A stretch of DNA of 64,000 nucleotides from a virus (taxonomy: Duplodnaviria > Caudoviricetes): IMG/VR virus record IMGVR_UViG_3300032295_003392, positions 1 to 64,000 of that record; one strand, written 5' to 3'. The notes below the pieces were generated by a model that saw only the letters and a program-made list of their open reading frames with translations, was not told the DNA's origin and did no database searches. A program made the position numbers and the translations under genes. Positions 46,937 to 56,046 of this stretch are shown here, piece after piece; the stretch's first letter is position 1, and every line of letters begins with the position of its first letter.

Positions 46937-47782
46937 TTAAGCTAAAACCTCTTGAACTAACTTGTCTTTCTGTAAGAGTTCGTAAGCTCTAGCAAGTCTA
47001 GTCATTCCGATTCCACCACCGAATCTTGGAAAGAAATCATGTGTAAAGAAATCTTCTAATTCCTTTTCAACTCTATCTTTACCAAATAGTTCGAATAACT
47101 TGGCAGAATATTTTCCATCCTCGATTGTGTAGAACATTTCTCTCATTTTTTCAATATCACAACTCCTTTCAGCTGAACCAATTGTTTCTTGACCGTAAAG
47201 GATGACATCTACTTTATTGAAAATCTGACCATCTTTGTTCTTCATATTCCAAAACGGATTAGTCCTTCTAGGGAAATATTGTAGAGATACTACCGAACCC
47301 TTTTCATCCCACATCCTTTGTTCGTGTTCATTCTCAAGGATTGGAACTCCACCGTATTCTTCACATACATCATCATACTTAACCTCAACAGGTTCAGAAA
47401 AACCAAGGTGTTCTAGTAATTCTGATTCCAATTGTAACATTTCTTTAATTCCACCCTTTGATTCGAATTCGAACATTGGGAAGATTAATTCATGTCTACC
47501 TGGGATTGGTTCTTTCTCTTGACGATATGAGGTTGAGATACAAAAACATCCAGGCCATTCTGGATTTTTTAATAACTCATACTCTAACCACATCTGACCT
47601 GTCTGAGGTAGTGGCCAAACTAAACCTTGGTAGTTATAAGTTGTGATTGAATGAGGATTTTCACAAGCAGCTAAGATTGATAATCTTGATTGTGTAGGTA
47701 CTTCATAGAAACCTTTTTGCAAAAAAAATTCTCGCATCTTTTGTACGAGAGTGTGATAAGTTTGTGTGTTAAACATAGGCAT
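46937..47782 (-). CDS. Class IIb aaRS catalytic-domain paralogue (AsnRS-like; asparagine synthetase A-type?)
   Basis: GQMWLE, motif 2 YRQE...RHELIFPMFEFE, ETIGSAER, motif 3 GGGIGMTRL; no anticodon-binding domain (281 aa). Confidence 0.8.
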   Translation of the reverse strand: MPMFNTQTYHTLVQKMREFFLQKGFYEVPTQSRLSILAACENPHSITTYNYQGLVWPLPQTGQMWLEYELLKNPEWPGCFCISTSYRQEKEPIPGRHELIFPMFEFESKGGIKEMLQLESELLEHLGFSEPVEVKYDDVCEEYGGVPILENEHEQRMWDEKGSVVSLQYFPRRTNPFWNMKNKDGQIFNKVDVILYGQETIGSAERSCDIEKMREMFYTIEDGKYSAKLFELFGKDRVEKELEDFFTHDFFPRFGGGIGMTRLARAYELLQKDKLVQEVLA

Positions 47783-47882
47783 TTTTTTTTTGGCCGATTA
47801 AAAATCCGCCAATCTATAAATACTAAACTATACTATATATTGACTCCAACTAAGTATGTTTACTTTTTTTAAAAAAAAAATA

Positions 47883-50117
47883 TTAAATACCATCAGGTCC
47901 AACCTGGTTAATCTCATAACTCGGAAGAATTAACCTAGTGTTTGCATTGTCAGCAAATTGTAAGTACTTAGAATCATCTCTTATTATAGATTGATTCAGT
48001 ATTTTACTATGTTGATTTTCGGGTATCACATCCGTGAAATATCTAATGTTGGTAATCTTCATATCAGAACCCGTTATTCTTGGGAAAATATTATCCACAT
48101 TGATTTCTACAGGTGTGTGGTCGAAAACTTGACTGAAAGACTTTTTCAAAACAGTCGTACTTAGTCTACTACCCATTTCTTCATCATCAGTATTTCTCTT
48201 ATAAATGTATTGACTGACCTTCCTCTGTCTCTGGTCTATATTTAAAAGGTAACCGTACCAAGTTTCCTCCGATATATCCTCCACTGACATACTATAAGTC
48301 ATACTGTTAATTTTAACTGACAAAATATCATTTGCAATAGTCATTTTAAATCCTTGTGAATTTGGATTATCATAATAATCAAATAGATAATACTTATCAT
48401 TTGTTGTGTAGTTATTTATATTAAACCAACAAATAAAACTGATATTATCAGATACATTATAGTAACCTCTGACATTACGATACACAACCGCATCATTTGA
48501 ATAAGTTAATCCAAATCCAACAGATGAAAGATCGTAGTGGGTTTTAGATATTACGATTTCAGCATTGTTTACAAGTTCTTTTACTATCTTAGCATTTATG
48601 TTTACCCTTAAGGTGTCCTTAGTAAGTGGTTTGAATTGTTCCTTATTTGCAACACTCTTCTTATCTTGTGTATTTTCAAATCCAAAGAGTTCATCAATGG
48701 TAGAATTCTTAGTAAGTTCTCTAACCTTATCAGTAATCTCTTGATTAGCTCCAATGACATTTGCTTTCTGATTGTATTTCTTCAACATCAACTTATAATA
48801 AATTGCATTGTTATTGAAACTTCTGAAAGCCTGTGAATGTTCAACAGTAAACATTCTATTTATTTCACAGAACCATAAAAAATCCTCTTTGGATGGTCTT
48901 TTATCTACACCGAAGATTTGTTTGAATGTTTTCTTAGGTATGTGAATTTCAAAAGAATCGAATAAAGTTAAATCAAATTGATTAATAGCACCTGTATTAT
49001 CTGGAAACTGATTGTTTTCAACAGATACCTTAACTAAACCATCACAAACATAGTTATAGAGTTGATATTCATGGAATGAATAATCTGTTCCCCTTTTGTC
49101 TGGGTCGGTTAAGAAATAAACAACCTCATGTCCAAATATATTGTTTGAATCATTACTCATTTTATCCAAAAGTTGAGTAGCTAATGTCAAACTATAAGGT
49201 TTGTATAAAGAATTTACTTGGTCTTGATTCAAAATTGGCAAAGGACTATCAACTGGTGATGGTGTAATGTTTTGTTGCAGACCACCACTGGGTAAAGAAA
49301 TATCACTTGTAGTATCATTTACTATACCAAGTTTCAAACAGTTACAATCCTCCCTTATACCAAAAAGATTAGTTTTTTTAGAATCTTGTGTAACATTCTG
49401 AAAATCACCTATCAGGTTAATGTCATAAATTTTTACCAAACTTCCTGACTTATATTGTAAAAGATATTCGATTTGGAAAAACCTTATTGGATTTATTATT
49501 GCGGATGTAATATTTTCTTTAGTAAAGTACTCCCACTCCGATACAGTCCTTCCATAATCTTGTGAAAACCTATACTTTATTGTAATATCCTCCAAATTTC
49601 CCTTATGTAATATCTCAATATCATCAATACTAAAAACTTTATAGATGTAAGGTGGTTTTATTATTTCCTCAGTTTGCGTTTCATCAATTTGTACAACCCC
49701 TGTACCTTCATTCAAATTTCTGTATAAGACACCATCTAGTTTATAATCCAAAAGTTTTATAGTGCCTATCTCAGAAGACCCTTTTCTTGTCAACTTTAAA
49801 TCAAAGTACATTTCATCGGTAGAATTGAATGGTGGAAACTCCTTAATGCTTAGTGGTAAATCATACCACTGAGTCCATTTGATAGAATCCCTACTGATCC
49901 TATATTTTGATTCTAAAAACCTTGTACTTGTTTTACCAGTATAATCAAAACTAAACTTAGTAAACTTTTCAACATCAGTTAGGTTATAGAAACTAAATAC
50001 CCTTTCTTGGTCTACCGTGTCAAATTGTGGGGCAATATTACCACTGCTGGTAGATAAAGAAAATGTTTCCGATATTGATATGGATCCCTTCGTTGTATCC
50101 TTTGAAATTTCATACAT
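47883..50117 (-). CDS. Putative neck/head-completion protein (T4 gp14-like core) with LamG-like C-terminal domain
   Basis: FEIHIPK...EDFLWF...MFTVEH...YYKLMLKKY resembles gp14-type neck proteins; C-terminal ISFICWFN...WYGYLLN. Confidence 0.5.
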   Translation of the reverse strand: MYEISKDTTKGSISISETFSLSTSSGNIAPQFDTVDQERVFSFYNLTDVEKFTKFSFDYTGKTSTRFLESKYRISRDSIKWTQWYDLPLSIKEFPPFNSTDEMYFDLKLTRKGSSEIGTIKLLDYKLDGVLYRNLNEGTGVVQIDETQTEEIIKPPYIYKVFSIDDIEILHKGNLEDITIKYRFSQDYGRTVSEWEYFTKENITSAIINPIRFFQIEYLLQYKSGSLVKIYDINLIGDFQNVTQDSKKTNLFGIREDCNCLKLGIVNDTTSDISLPSGGLQQNITPSPVDSPLPILNQDQVNSLYKPYSLTLATQLLDKMSNDSNNIFGHEVVYFLTDPDKRGTDYSFHEYQLYNYVCDGLVKVSVENNQFPDNTGAINQFDLTLFDSFEIHIPKKTFKQIFGVDKRPSKEDFLWFCEINRMFTVEHSQAFRSFNNNAIYYKLMLKKYNQKANVIGANQEITDKVRELTKNSTIDELFGFENTQDKKSVANKEQFKPLTKDTLRVNINAKIVKELVNNAEIVISKTHYDLSSVGFGLTYSNDAVVYRNVRGYYNVSDNISFICWFNINNYTTNDKYYLFDYYDNPNSQGFKMTIANDILSVKINSMTYSMSVEDISEETWYGYLLNIDQRQRKVSQYIYKRNTDDEEMGSRLSTTVLKKSFSQVFDHTPVEINVDNIFPRITGSDMKITNIRYFTDVIPENQHSKILNQSIIRDDSKYLQFADNANTRLILPSYEINQVGPDGI

Positions 50118-50123
50118 ATAAAA

Positions 50124-50133
50124 TATATATTAA
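50124..50133 (-). promoter_or_regulatory. Putative phage-specific (late?) promoter TTAATATATA
   Basis: Exact motif 6 nt upstream of the ATG at 50117. Confidence 0.6.
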
Positions 50134-50140
50134 AAAAAGT

Positions 50141-50171
50141 TTTGTAATAGGATTATTATTTACTACCTTTG
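50141..50171 (+). promoter_or_regulatory. Bacteroidota housekeeping-sigma promoter
   Basis: TTTG-N19-TACCTTTG, 12 nt to the ATG at 50184. Confidence 0.8.
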
Positions 50172-50183
50172 TATAATTAAAAT

Positions 50184-51284
50184 ATGAAAATGAATATAAA
50201 AGAAACATTCTTAAACTTAACTAAATCCACCTATCCACACGGACACGAACAAGAGATGTACCATCTCTTACCAGAAGATATATCATTTGATGAATTTGGA
50301 AATCCCTACAAACTAATAGGTGAAGACCCCAACATCATGTTCACCTGTCACTTGGATACTGCATCTGGTTACAAAGAAAATGTTACCCACATTATTTCAG
50401 GTGACTTTATAATGACTAATGGTAAAACTATCTTAGGAGCGGATGATAAAGCTGGTACGACTATTTTACTTTACATGATTGAGAATAATATACCTGGTCT
50501 ATATTATTTCTTCTTGGGTGAAGAGAGAGGGTGTGTAGGTTCAAGACAAGTTGCTAGCAAACACTTAAATCAAAAACCATTTCCAAACATCACGAAAGTA
50601 GTTTCGTTCGACCGAAGAGGACACGATTCAGTAATAACACACCAACTAGGAGGAAGATGTTGTTCAGATATATTTGCTAAAAGTTTAGCAAAACAACTAA
50701 ACCAAATCAATCCTAATTTCAAATACGGACCAGACCCAACCGGTATTTATACAGACTCAGCTCAGTTTATAAATGTATACCAAGAATGTACCAATATATC
50801 TGTAGGATATGACTACGAACATACTACATCGGAACAACAAGATATAAAACACCTAATGGAACTTTGTAATGCTGTACTACAAGTTGAATGGAATAATCTT
50901 CCAACAGAAAGGAAAACCGACTCCAAATATTGGGAGGACGATGAAGATGACTGGGAGTACCCAATAAGAACGAGAACTTACAATATTAAAACAATAAGTG
51001 TAAAAGACGAGGACTTCCCATACGAAAACATAGAGTTCGAAATCGAAGAAAAAACCAAAGAGATATTACACATCCAAGTGAGTAAAGACAGACAACACCA
51101 CGAACAAGGACTAATCGAGGAACTGTTAACAAGTTTAGAAATAGAACACCATAATGGTAAATGGGATGGGAACACCTATGTATACAAGAGTGAATATGGG
51201 ACAGATGAAATAAACAGAGAAATACTAATAGACTATATCAAAGACTTAGATTTAGCAACGAAATATAGAGAATATATATCATGA
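50184..51284 (+). CDS. M28/M20-family zinc peptidase
   Basis: FTCHLDT, LGADDKAG, GEERG, FDRRG, YEHT. Confidence 0.85.
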   Translation: MKMNIKETFLNLTKSTYPHGHEQEMYHLLPEDISFDEFGNPYKLIGEDPNIMFTCHLDTASGYKENVTHIISGDFIMTNGKTILGADDKAGTTILLYMIENNIPGLYYFFLGEERGCVGSRQVASKHLNQKPFPNITKVVSFDRRGHDSVITHQLGGRCCSDIFAKSLAKQLNQINPNFKYGPDPTGIYTDSAQFINVYQECTNISVGYDYEHTTSEQQDIKHLMELCNAVLQVEWNNLPTERKTDSKYWEDDEDDWEYPIRTRTYNIKTISVKDEDFPYENIEFEIEEKTKEILHIQVSKDRQHHEQGLIEELLTSLEIEHHNGKWDGNTYVYKSEYGTDEINREILIDYIKDLDLATKYREYIS

Positions 51285-51802
51285 TGTTACATGTTTTTAA
51301 GAAGGGATTGATAACGATATTTTCTGCTATGTCCCAAAATAGAGCGATAGGAATAGACAATTCCCTTCCGTGGAACCTCCCACAGGACTTAAAAAGGTTC
51401 AAAAAACTCACACAAAACCAAGTAGTAGTTATGGGTAGGAAGACCTATGAGTCTCTAGGAAGGTCGCTCCCTAATAGATTAAATATCATTCTAACGAAGG
51501 ATACAAAGTGGAACGGTATAAAGGGAGACAATACCTATGTTTACTATAGTGTAGAAGAGGTACTCGAGAGATTCAAAACTAGAGACCTGTACATAATAGG
51601 AGGTGCGGAAATTTACAAAGCCTTTATGAACTATGCCGACAAGATGGAAATAACTTTCATAGACAAAGAAATCGAAGGAGATACGTATTTTCCAGAAATA
51701 TCAGAAGATTGGGGAATCGAAAACAAAGAAACACATGAAAATGAAGATTTCACTTATCATTTTATCACATACACAAGAAAGGGCAAAGAAATAGACATTT
51801 AA
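51281..51802 (+). CDS. folA: Dihydrofolate reductase
   Basis: AMSQNRAIGIDNSLPW, VVMGRKTYES, LPNR, IIGGAEIY, GDTYFP. Confidence 0.95.
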   Translation: MMLHVFKKGLITIFSAMSQNRAIGIDNSLPWNLPQDLKRFKKLTQNQVVVMGRKTYESLGRSLPNRLNIILTKDTKWNGIKGDNTYVYYSVEEVLERFKTRDLYIIGGAEIYKAFMNYADKMEITFIDKEIEGDTYFPEISEDWGIENKETHENEDFTYHFITYTRKGKEIDI

Positions 51803-51853
51803 GAAAACCTTTTAACACCCATCCACTATAAACCATAATAAAATAAAATTATT

Positions 51854-53971
51854 ATGACTAACGAATTTAATAATATTTCTGATGAAAAACCAGAGTTATT
51901 GAATGTAAAGATGGCGATTTCTGACGACGATGATGATGAAGCAAGAAACTCCTCAAAAGCAAATAAAGGTCAAGAGGTAAAATCCAAAACACCAGTTTTA
52001 GATAGTTTCTCAAAAGACTTAACTAAAATGGCAGTGGAGGGCAAACTCGATCCAATAATCGGTAGAGAAAAGGAAATCGAAAGAGTTTCACAGATATTAG
52101 CAAGGAGGAAAAAGAACAACCCACTATTGATTGGTGAACCAGGTACCGGTAAAAGCTCAATAGCCGAAGGATTGGCACAAAGGATTGTTGAGAGGAAATG
52201 TTCTAGGATACTATTTAATAAAAGAATTGTTATTCTAGACTTAGCGTCAATGGTCGCTGGAACAAAATATAGAGGACAGTTCGAGGAAAGAATTAAAGCT
52301 TTGATGCAAGAGGTTGAAAAGGAACCAGATGTTATCCTATTTATTGACGAAATCCACACCATCATTGGTGCAGGAGGTTCCAGTGGAACACTCGATGCAT
52401 CAAATATGTTTAAACCTGCACTTGCAAGAGGGGAAATCCAATTGATTGGAGCAACTACACTTGATGAATATAGAAAACACATAGAAAAGGATGGTGCATT
52501 AGAAAGAAGATTCCAAAAAGTAATTATCGAACCTGCTACAGAGGAAGAAACAATGCAGATTCTTAATCAGGTAAAAGATAAATATGAATCACATCATAAT
52601 GTAGTATTTACCGAAGAGGCTATACAAGCTTGTGTCGATTTAACATCTAGATTTATGACAGATAGATTTCTTCCTGATAAAGCACTTGATGCTTTGGATG
52701 AATCTGGTTCTAGAGTACATATTGCTAACATCGTAGTTCCAAAGGAAATTATCGATATTGAAACTAAGATTTCCGAAGTTAAAGAACAAAAAACATTAGT
52801 TGTTAGAGGACAAAGATATGAAGAGGCAGCTCGTCTCAGAGATGTAGAAAAACAACTACATAATAATCTAGAGGACGCCAGAAAGAAATGGGATGAAGAC
52901 CAAAAGAACAATAAACAGACCGTTACGGAGGATAATGTAGCAGAAGTCGTATCTATGATGACTGGTATCCCACTCCAAAAAGTAGGACAAAAAGAGTCCC
53001 AAAAACTCTCCAATATGTCGAAAGAAATTATGGGGAAAGTCATTGGACAAGATAAAGCTGTTGAGTCTGTAATCAAATCAATCCAAAGAGGTAGAGTAGG
53101 ACTGAAAGACCCCAATAGACCAATCGGTACATTCCTTTTCCTTGGACCAACAGGAGTCGGCAAAACTCAACTCTGTAAGATATTAGCAAAATATTTGTTC
53201 GATTCAGAGGACTCTTTAATCAGAGTTGATATGAGTGAATTTATGGAAAAGTTTGCGGTATCTAGACTTATTGGAGCACCGCCGGGATATGTAGGTCATG
53301 ATGAAGGTGGTCAGTTGACTGAAAAGGTTAGAAGAAAACCATATTCTGTAATTCTATTAGATGAAGTTGAAAAAGCACACTCGGAGGTGTTTAACATTCT
53401 GTTACAGGTACTTGATGATGGACAACTTACTGATTCTGTAGGTAGAAAAGTAAGTTTCAAAAATACAGTTATTATAATGACATCTAATACCGGTTCAAGA
53501 CAACTCAAAGATTTTGGAACAGGTATCGGATTCTCTACAAAAAACAAAGAAGAACAGAAGAGAGACCAAGAGAAAGATGTTATTGAAAAAGAGTTGAAGA
53601 AAACATTTGCACCAGAGTTTCTCAATAGAATTGATGAAATCATTACTTTTAACTCTTTGAACAAGGAAGATATAATGAAAATTGTCGATATTGAATTTGA
53701 GAAAGTCCTCGAGAGAATTAGAACAATGGAATTTGAACTTGAGATAACTGAAACTGCCAAAGAATACATTTCAGAAAAAGGATACGATCCTGAATATGGA
53801 GCAAGACCACTAAAAAGGGCAATCCAAAGATATATCGAGGACCCAATCACAGAAGAAATAATCCAATCCAATCCAAAGAAGGGAACTAAAATGTGTTTGG
53901 ACTATGATAAGGAACAAGATTCAATGGTTGTAACCCAAACAAAGGAAAAAAAGACTAAAAAGAAAATTTAA
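51854..53971 (+). CDS. clpC: ClpC-type AAA+ unfoldase lacking the N-terminal Clp-repeat domain
   Basis: GEPGTGKS, LFIDE, KYRG pore loop, UVR middle domain, GPTGVGKT, GYVG, ILLDE, IGF loop (GTGIGF). Confidence 0.92.
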   Translation: MTNEFNNISDEKPELLNVKMAISDDDDDEARNSSKANKGQEVKSKTPVLDSFSKDLTKMAVEGKLDPIIGREKEIERVSQILARRKKNNPLLIGEPGTGKSSIAEGLAQRIVERKCSRILFNKRIVILDLASMVAGTKYRGQFEERIKALMQEVEKEPDVILFIDEIHTIIGAGGSSGTLDASNMFKPALARGEIQLIGATTLDEYRKHIEKDGALERRFQKVIIEPATEEETMQILNQVKDKYESHHNVVFTEEAIQACVDLTSRFMTDRFLPDKALDALDESGSRVHIANIVVPKEIIDIETKISEVKEQKTLVVRGQRYEEAARLRDVEKQLHNNLEDARKKWDEDQKNNKQTVTEDNVAEVVSMMTGIPLQKVGQKESQKLSNMSKEIMGKVIGQDKAVESVIKSIQRGRVGLKDPNRPIGTFLFLGPTGVGKTQLCKILAKYLFDSEDSLIRVDMSEFMEKFAVSRLIGAPPGYVGHDEGGQLTEKVRRKPYSVILLDEVEKAHSEVFNILLQVLDDGQLTDSVGRKVSFKNTVIIMTSNTGSRQLKDFGTGIGFSTKNKEEQKRDQEKDVIEKELKKTFAPEFLNRIDEIITFNSLNKEDIMKIVDIEFEKVLERIRTMEFELEITETAKEYISEKGYDPEYGARPLKRAIQRYIEDPITEEIIQSNPKKGTKMCLDYDKEQDSMVVTQTKEKKTKKKI

Positions 53972-53973
53972 AA

Positions 53974-54687
53974 ATGAATCATTTTATAACTTATGGTAAT
54001 GATAACTATTATAACTCTAAAATACGAATTGCTAACGAAGCTAGAAATTTTGGGTTTGATACGGTGACTACATATGGACCAGAAAGTCTTACCAAAGAAT
54101 TTTTTGATTTGACTTTACCATATATCAATCACCCAAGAGGAGGGGGATACTGGTTATGGAAATCACTAATTATAAAAAACAAGTTAGAAAGTATTAATGA
54201 TGGTGACTTTTTAGTCTACGCGGATGCTGGGTGTCATATAAATATCCATGGAAAAGAAAGATTTCAACAATACCTAAATATGTTTGAAAATACAGAACTC
54301 GGTATATTATCTTTTGAATTGACAGGTCTCACTGAAACTATGTACACTAACGAGTCTGTTTTCGATTATTTTGGAGTTGATGAGGGTGATGAAATGAGGG
54401 AATCTTACCAACTAGCTGCAACTATATTGATAATGAAAAAAAATGACCATTGTCTGAAATTGATAGATGAATTTTACAAAATATCAACTACAAAACCAGA
54501 AATATTTTCAGACATCCACAATAATTACAAAAGGCACAAAGATTTCAGAGACCATAGACATGACCAGAGTGTTTTTGGAATTTTAAGAAAAAAAATGGGG
54601 ACTATAATAATACCAGATGAAACTTGGGCAGTGGATTTTAATACACTTCTTCATATACCAATATTATCAACAAGAATAAGAGGATGA
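53974..54687 (+). CDS. Putative glycosyltransferase
   Basis: YWLWKS, YADAGC (DxG), HRHDQSV motifs typical of GT-A-like proteins in glycan clusters. Confidence 0.65.
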   Translation: MNHFITYGNDNYYNSKIRIANEARNFGFDTVTTYGPESLTKEFFDLTLPYINHPRGGGYWLWKSLIIKNKLESINDGDFLVYADAGCHINIHGKERFQQYLNMFENTELGILSFELTGLTETMYTNESVFDYFGVDEGDEMRESYQLAATILIMKKNDHCLKLIDEFYKISTTKPEIFSDIHNNYKRHKDFRDHRHDQSVFGILRKKMGTIIIPDETWAVDFNTLLHIPILSTRIRG

Positions 54688-55442
54688 TGGAAAATAAATT
54701 TACATACATAATAGGATATCGTCATAGTGACGAAAGATATAAAAATCTTTCAAGAACTTTGGAATGGTTAAATAATTTTCCCGATTCCGAAATAATAATA
54801 GTTGAGCAAGATATTACGCAAAAACTTTCTTTATCAAATGATAAAATAAAACACATTTTTGTTTACAATAATTCAGCTTATAATAGATCTTGGGCTTTCA
54901 ATATTGCTTCGAAACTTGCTTCAACAGAAAAAATATGCTTCGGAGATTCTGACTTGGTAATGAATGTTAGTCACTTTTTGGAATCACTCTCAGAACTTGA
55001 AAATTTTGACGTTGTAAGTCCTTATAAAGTAGTTCTGGATTTGTATGAGGTTGAGTCTGAGTTCCCACTCAGTCAAATGGAAAATATACAAAGACCTGGT
55101 AGAGGGGAGACAGATAACCAAAAAATAAATTTATGTGGTGGTATCGTTCTTTTCAGAAAAGACGCTATAACCAAAATAGGTGGATGGAATGAGGACTTTA
55201 TTGGTTGGGGAGGAGAAGATGATTTCCAAACTTTGAAAGTCAATTTATTTGGATTAAAGTCTAAAGAAATGCCATATAAATGTTACCACCTCTATCATGA
55301 AAGACCCGCACCTGATATGAATCTTTATAGGAGAAATTTGGACCTACTCAACCGAGCTTTCAATGTAAAAATTGAAGACCTAAGAACCTACATTACAAAT
55401 TCAATGATTTATATTGGAAATGAAAATAAATTCAAAAGATAG
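54684..55442 (+). CDS. Glycosyltransferase (GT2/GT7 galactosyltransferase-like)
   Basis: FGDSD, GGWNEDFIGWGGEDDD. Confidence 0.85.
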   Translation: MMENKFTYIIGYRHSDERYKNLSRTLEWLNNFPDSEIIIVEQDITQKLSLSNDKIKHIFVYNNSAYNRSWAFNIASKLASTEKICFGDSDLVMNVSHFLESLSELENFDVVSPYKVVLDLYEVESEFPLSQMENIQRPGRGETDNQKINLCGGIVLFRKDAITKIGGWNEDFIGWGGEDDFQTLKVNLFGLKSKEMPYKCYHLYHERPAPDMNLYRRNLDLLNRAFNVKIEDLRTYITNSMIYIGNENKFKR

Positions 55443-55443
55443 G

Positions 55444-56031
55444 ATGATGATTCTTTATGTTTTCATAACACATCAAAAAAACATAGATAAGTGTTATCCA
55501 AGGATAAAATCAATGATGAAAACCAATAATTTTATTATTGTTCAAGGAGGATTTACCAGAGACTCCTATGATGAAAATAAAAATATTTTGAATTTGAATT
55601 GTAATGACGGATACGTTGGATTGCCCGAAAAAGTTATGAAAACTTTTCATTATTTATTATCAGATGCCAGATTCAACAAATATACTAATTTTGTAAAACT
55701 TGATGATGATATGATTGTTTTGAAAGAAATACAAGAAATCAACGATGATTATTTAGGAAATGTTCATTATAGTGACGGCAATAGACAATGGCATGTTGGG
55801 AGGACAGGAACATTTTGGGACAAAATACCATATTTGGGTGATTTCAAACCCTGGTGTATGGGGGGTTTCGGTTATGTCATTTCTAGGAAATCTTTAGAAA
55901 AAGTTATACCTAATTTCGATTATTTAGACCACATTTACGAAGATGTATACATTGGAAATTTGATGAATAAAATCGGTGTAATCCCAAAACAATTCAATAT
56001 AAAAGAATATCTGGTTAGTCCAGAACATTAA
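55444..56031 (+). CDS. Galactosyltransferase-like (GT31)
   Basis: LPEKV, VKLDDD, CMGGFGYVIS, EDVYIG; start at 55444. Confidence 0.75.
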   Translation: MMILYVFITHQKNIDKCYPRIKSMMKTNNFIIVQGGFTRDSYDENKNILNLNCNDGYVGLPEKVMKTFHYLLSDARFNKYTNFVKLDDDMIVLKEIQEINDDYLGNVHYSDGNRQWHVGRTGTFWDKIPYLGDFKPWCMGGFGYVISRKSLEKVIPNFDYLDHIYEDVYIGNLMNKIGVIPKQFNIKEYLVSPEH

Positions 56032-56046
56032 AATAAATAATAATTT

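Noticed and set aside
46937-47782. Functional aminoacyl-tRNA synthetase
   Set aside because: No anticodon-binding domain at 281 aa.
47790-47812. Hairpin TGGCCGATT...AATCCGCCA as a terminator
   Set aside because: Imperfect stem with no U-run on its 3' side on either strand; at most a leader hairpin.
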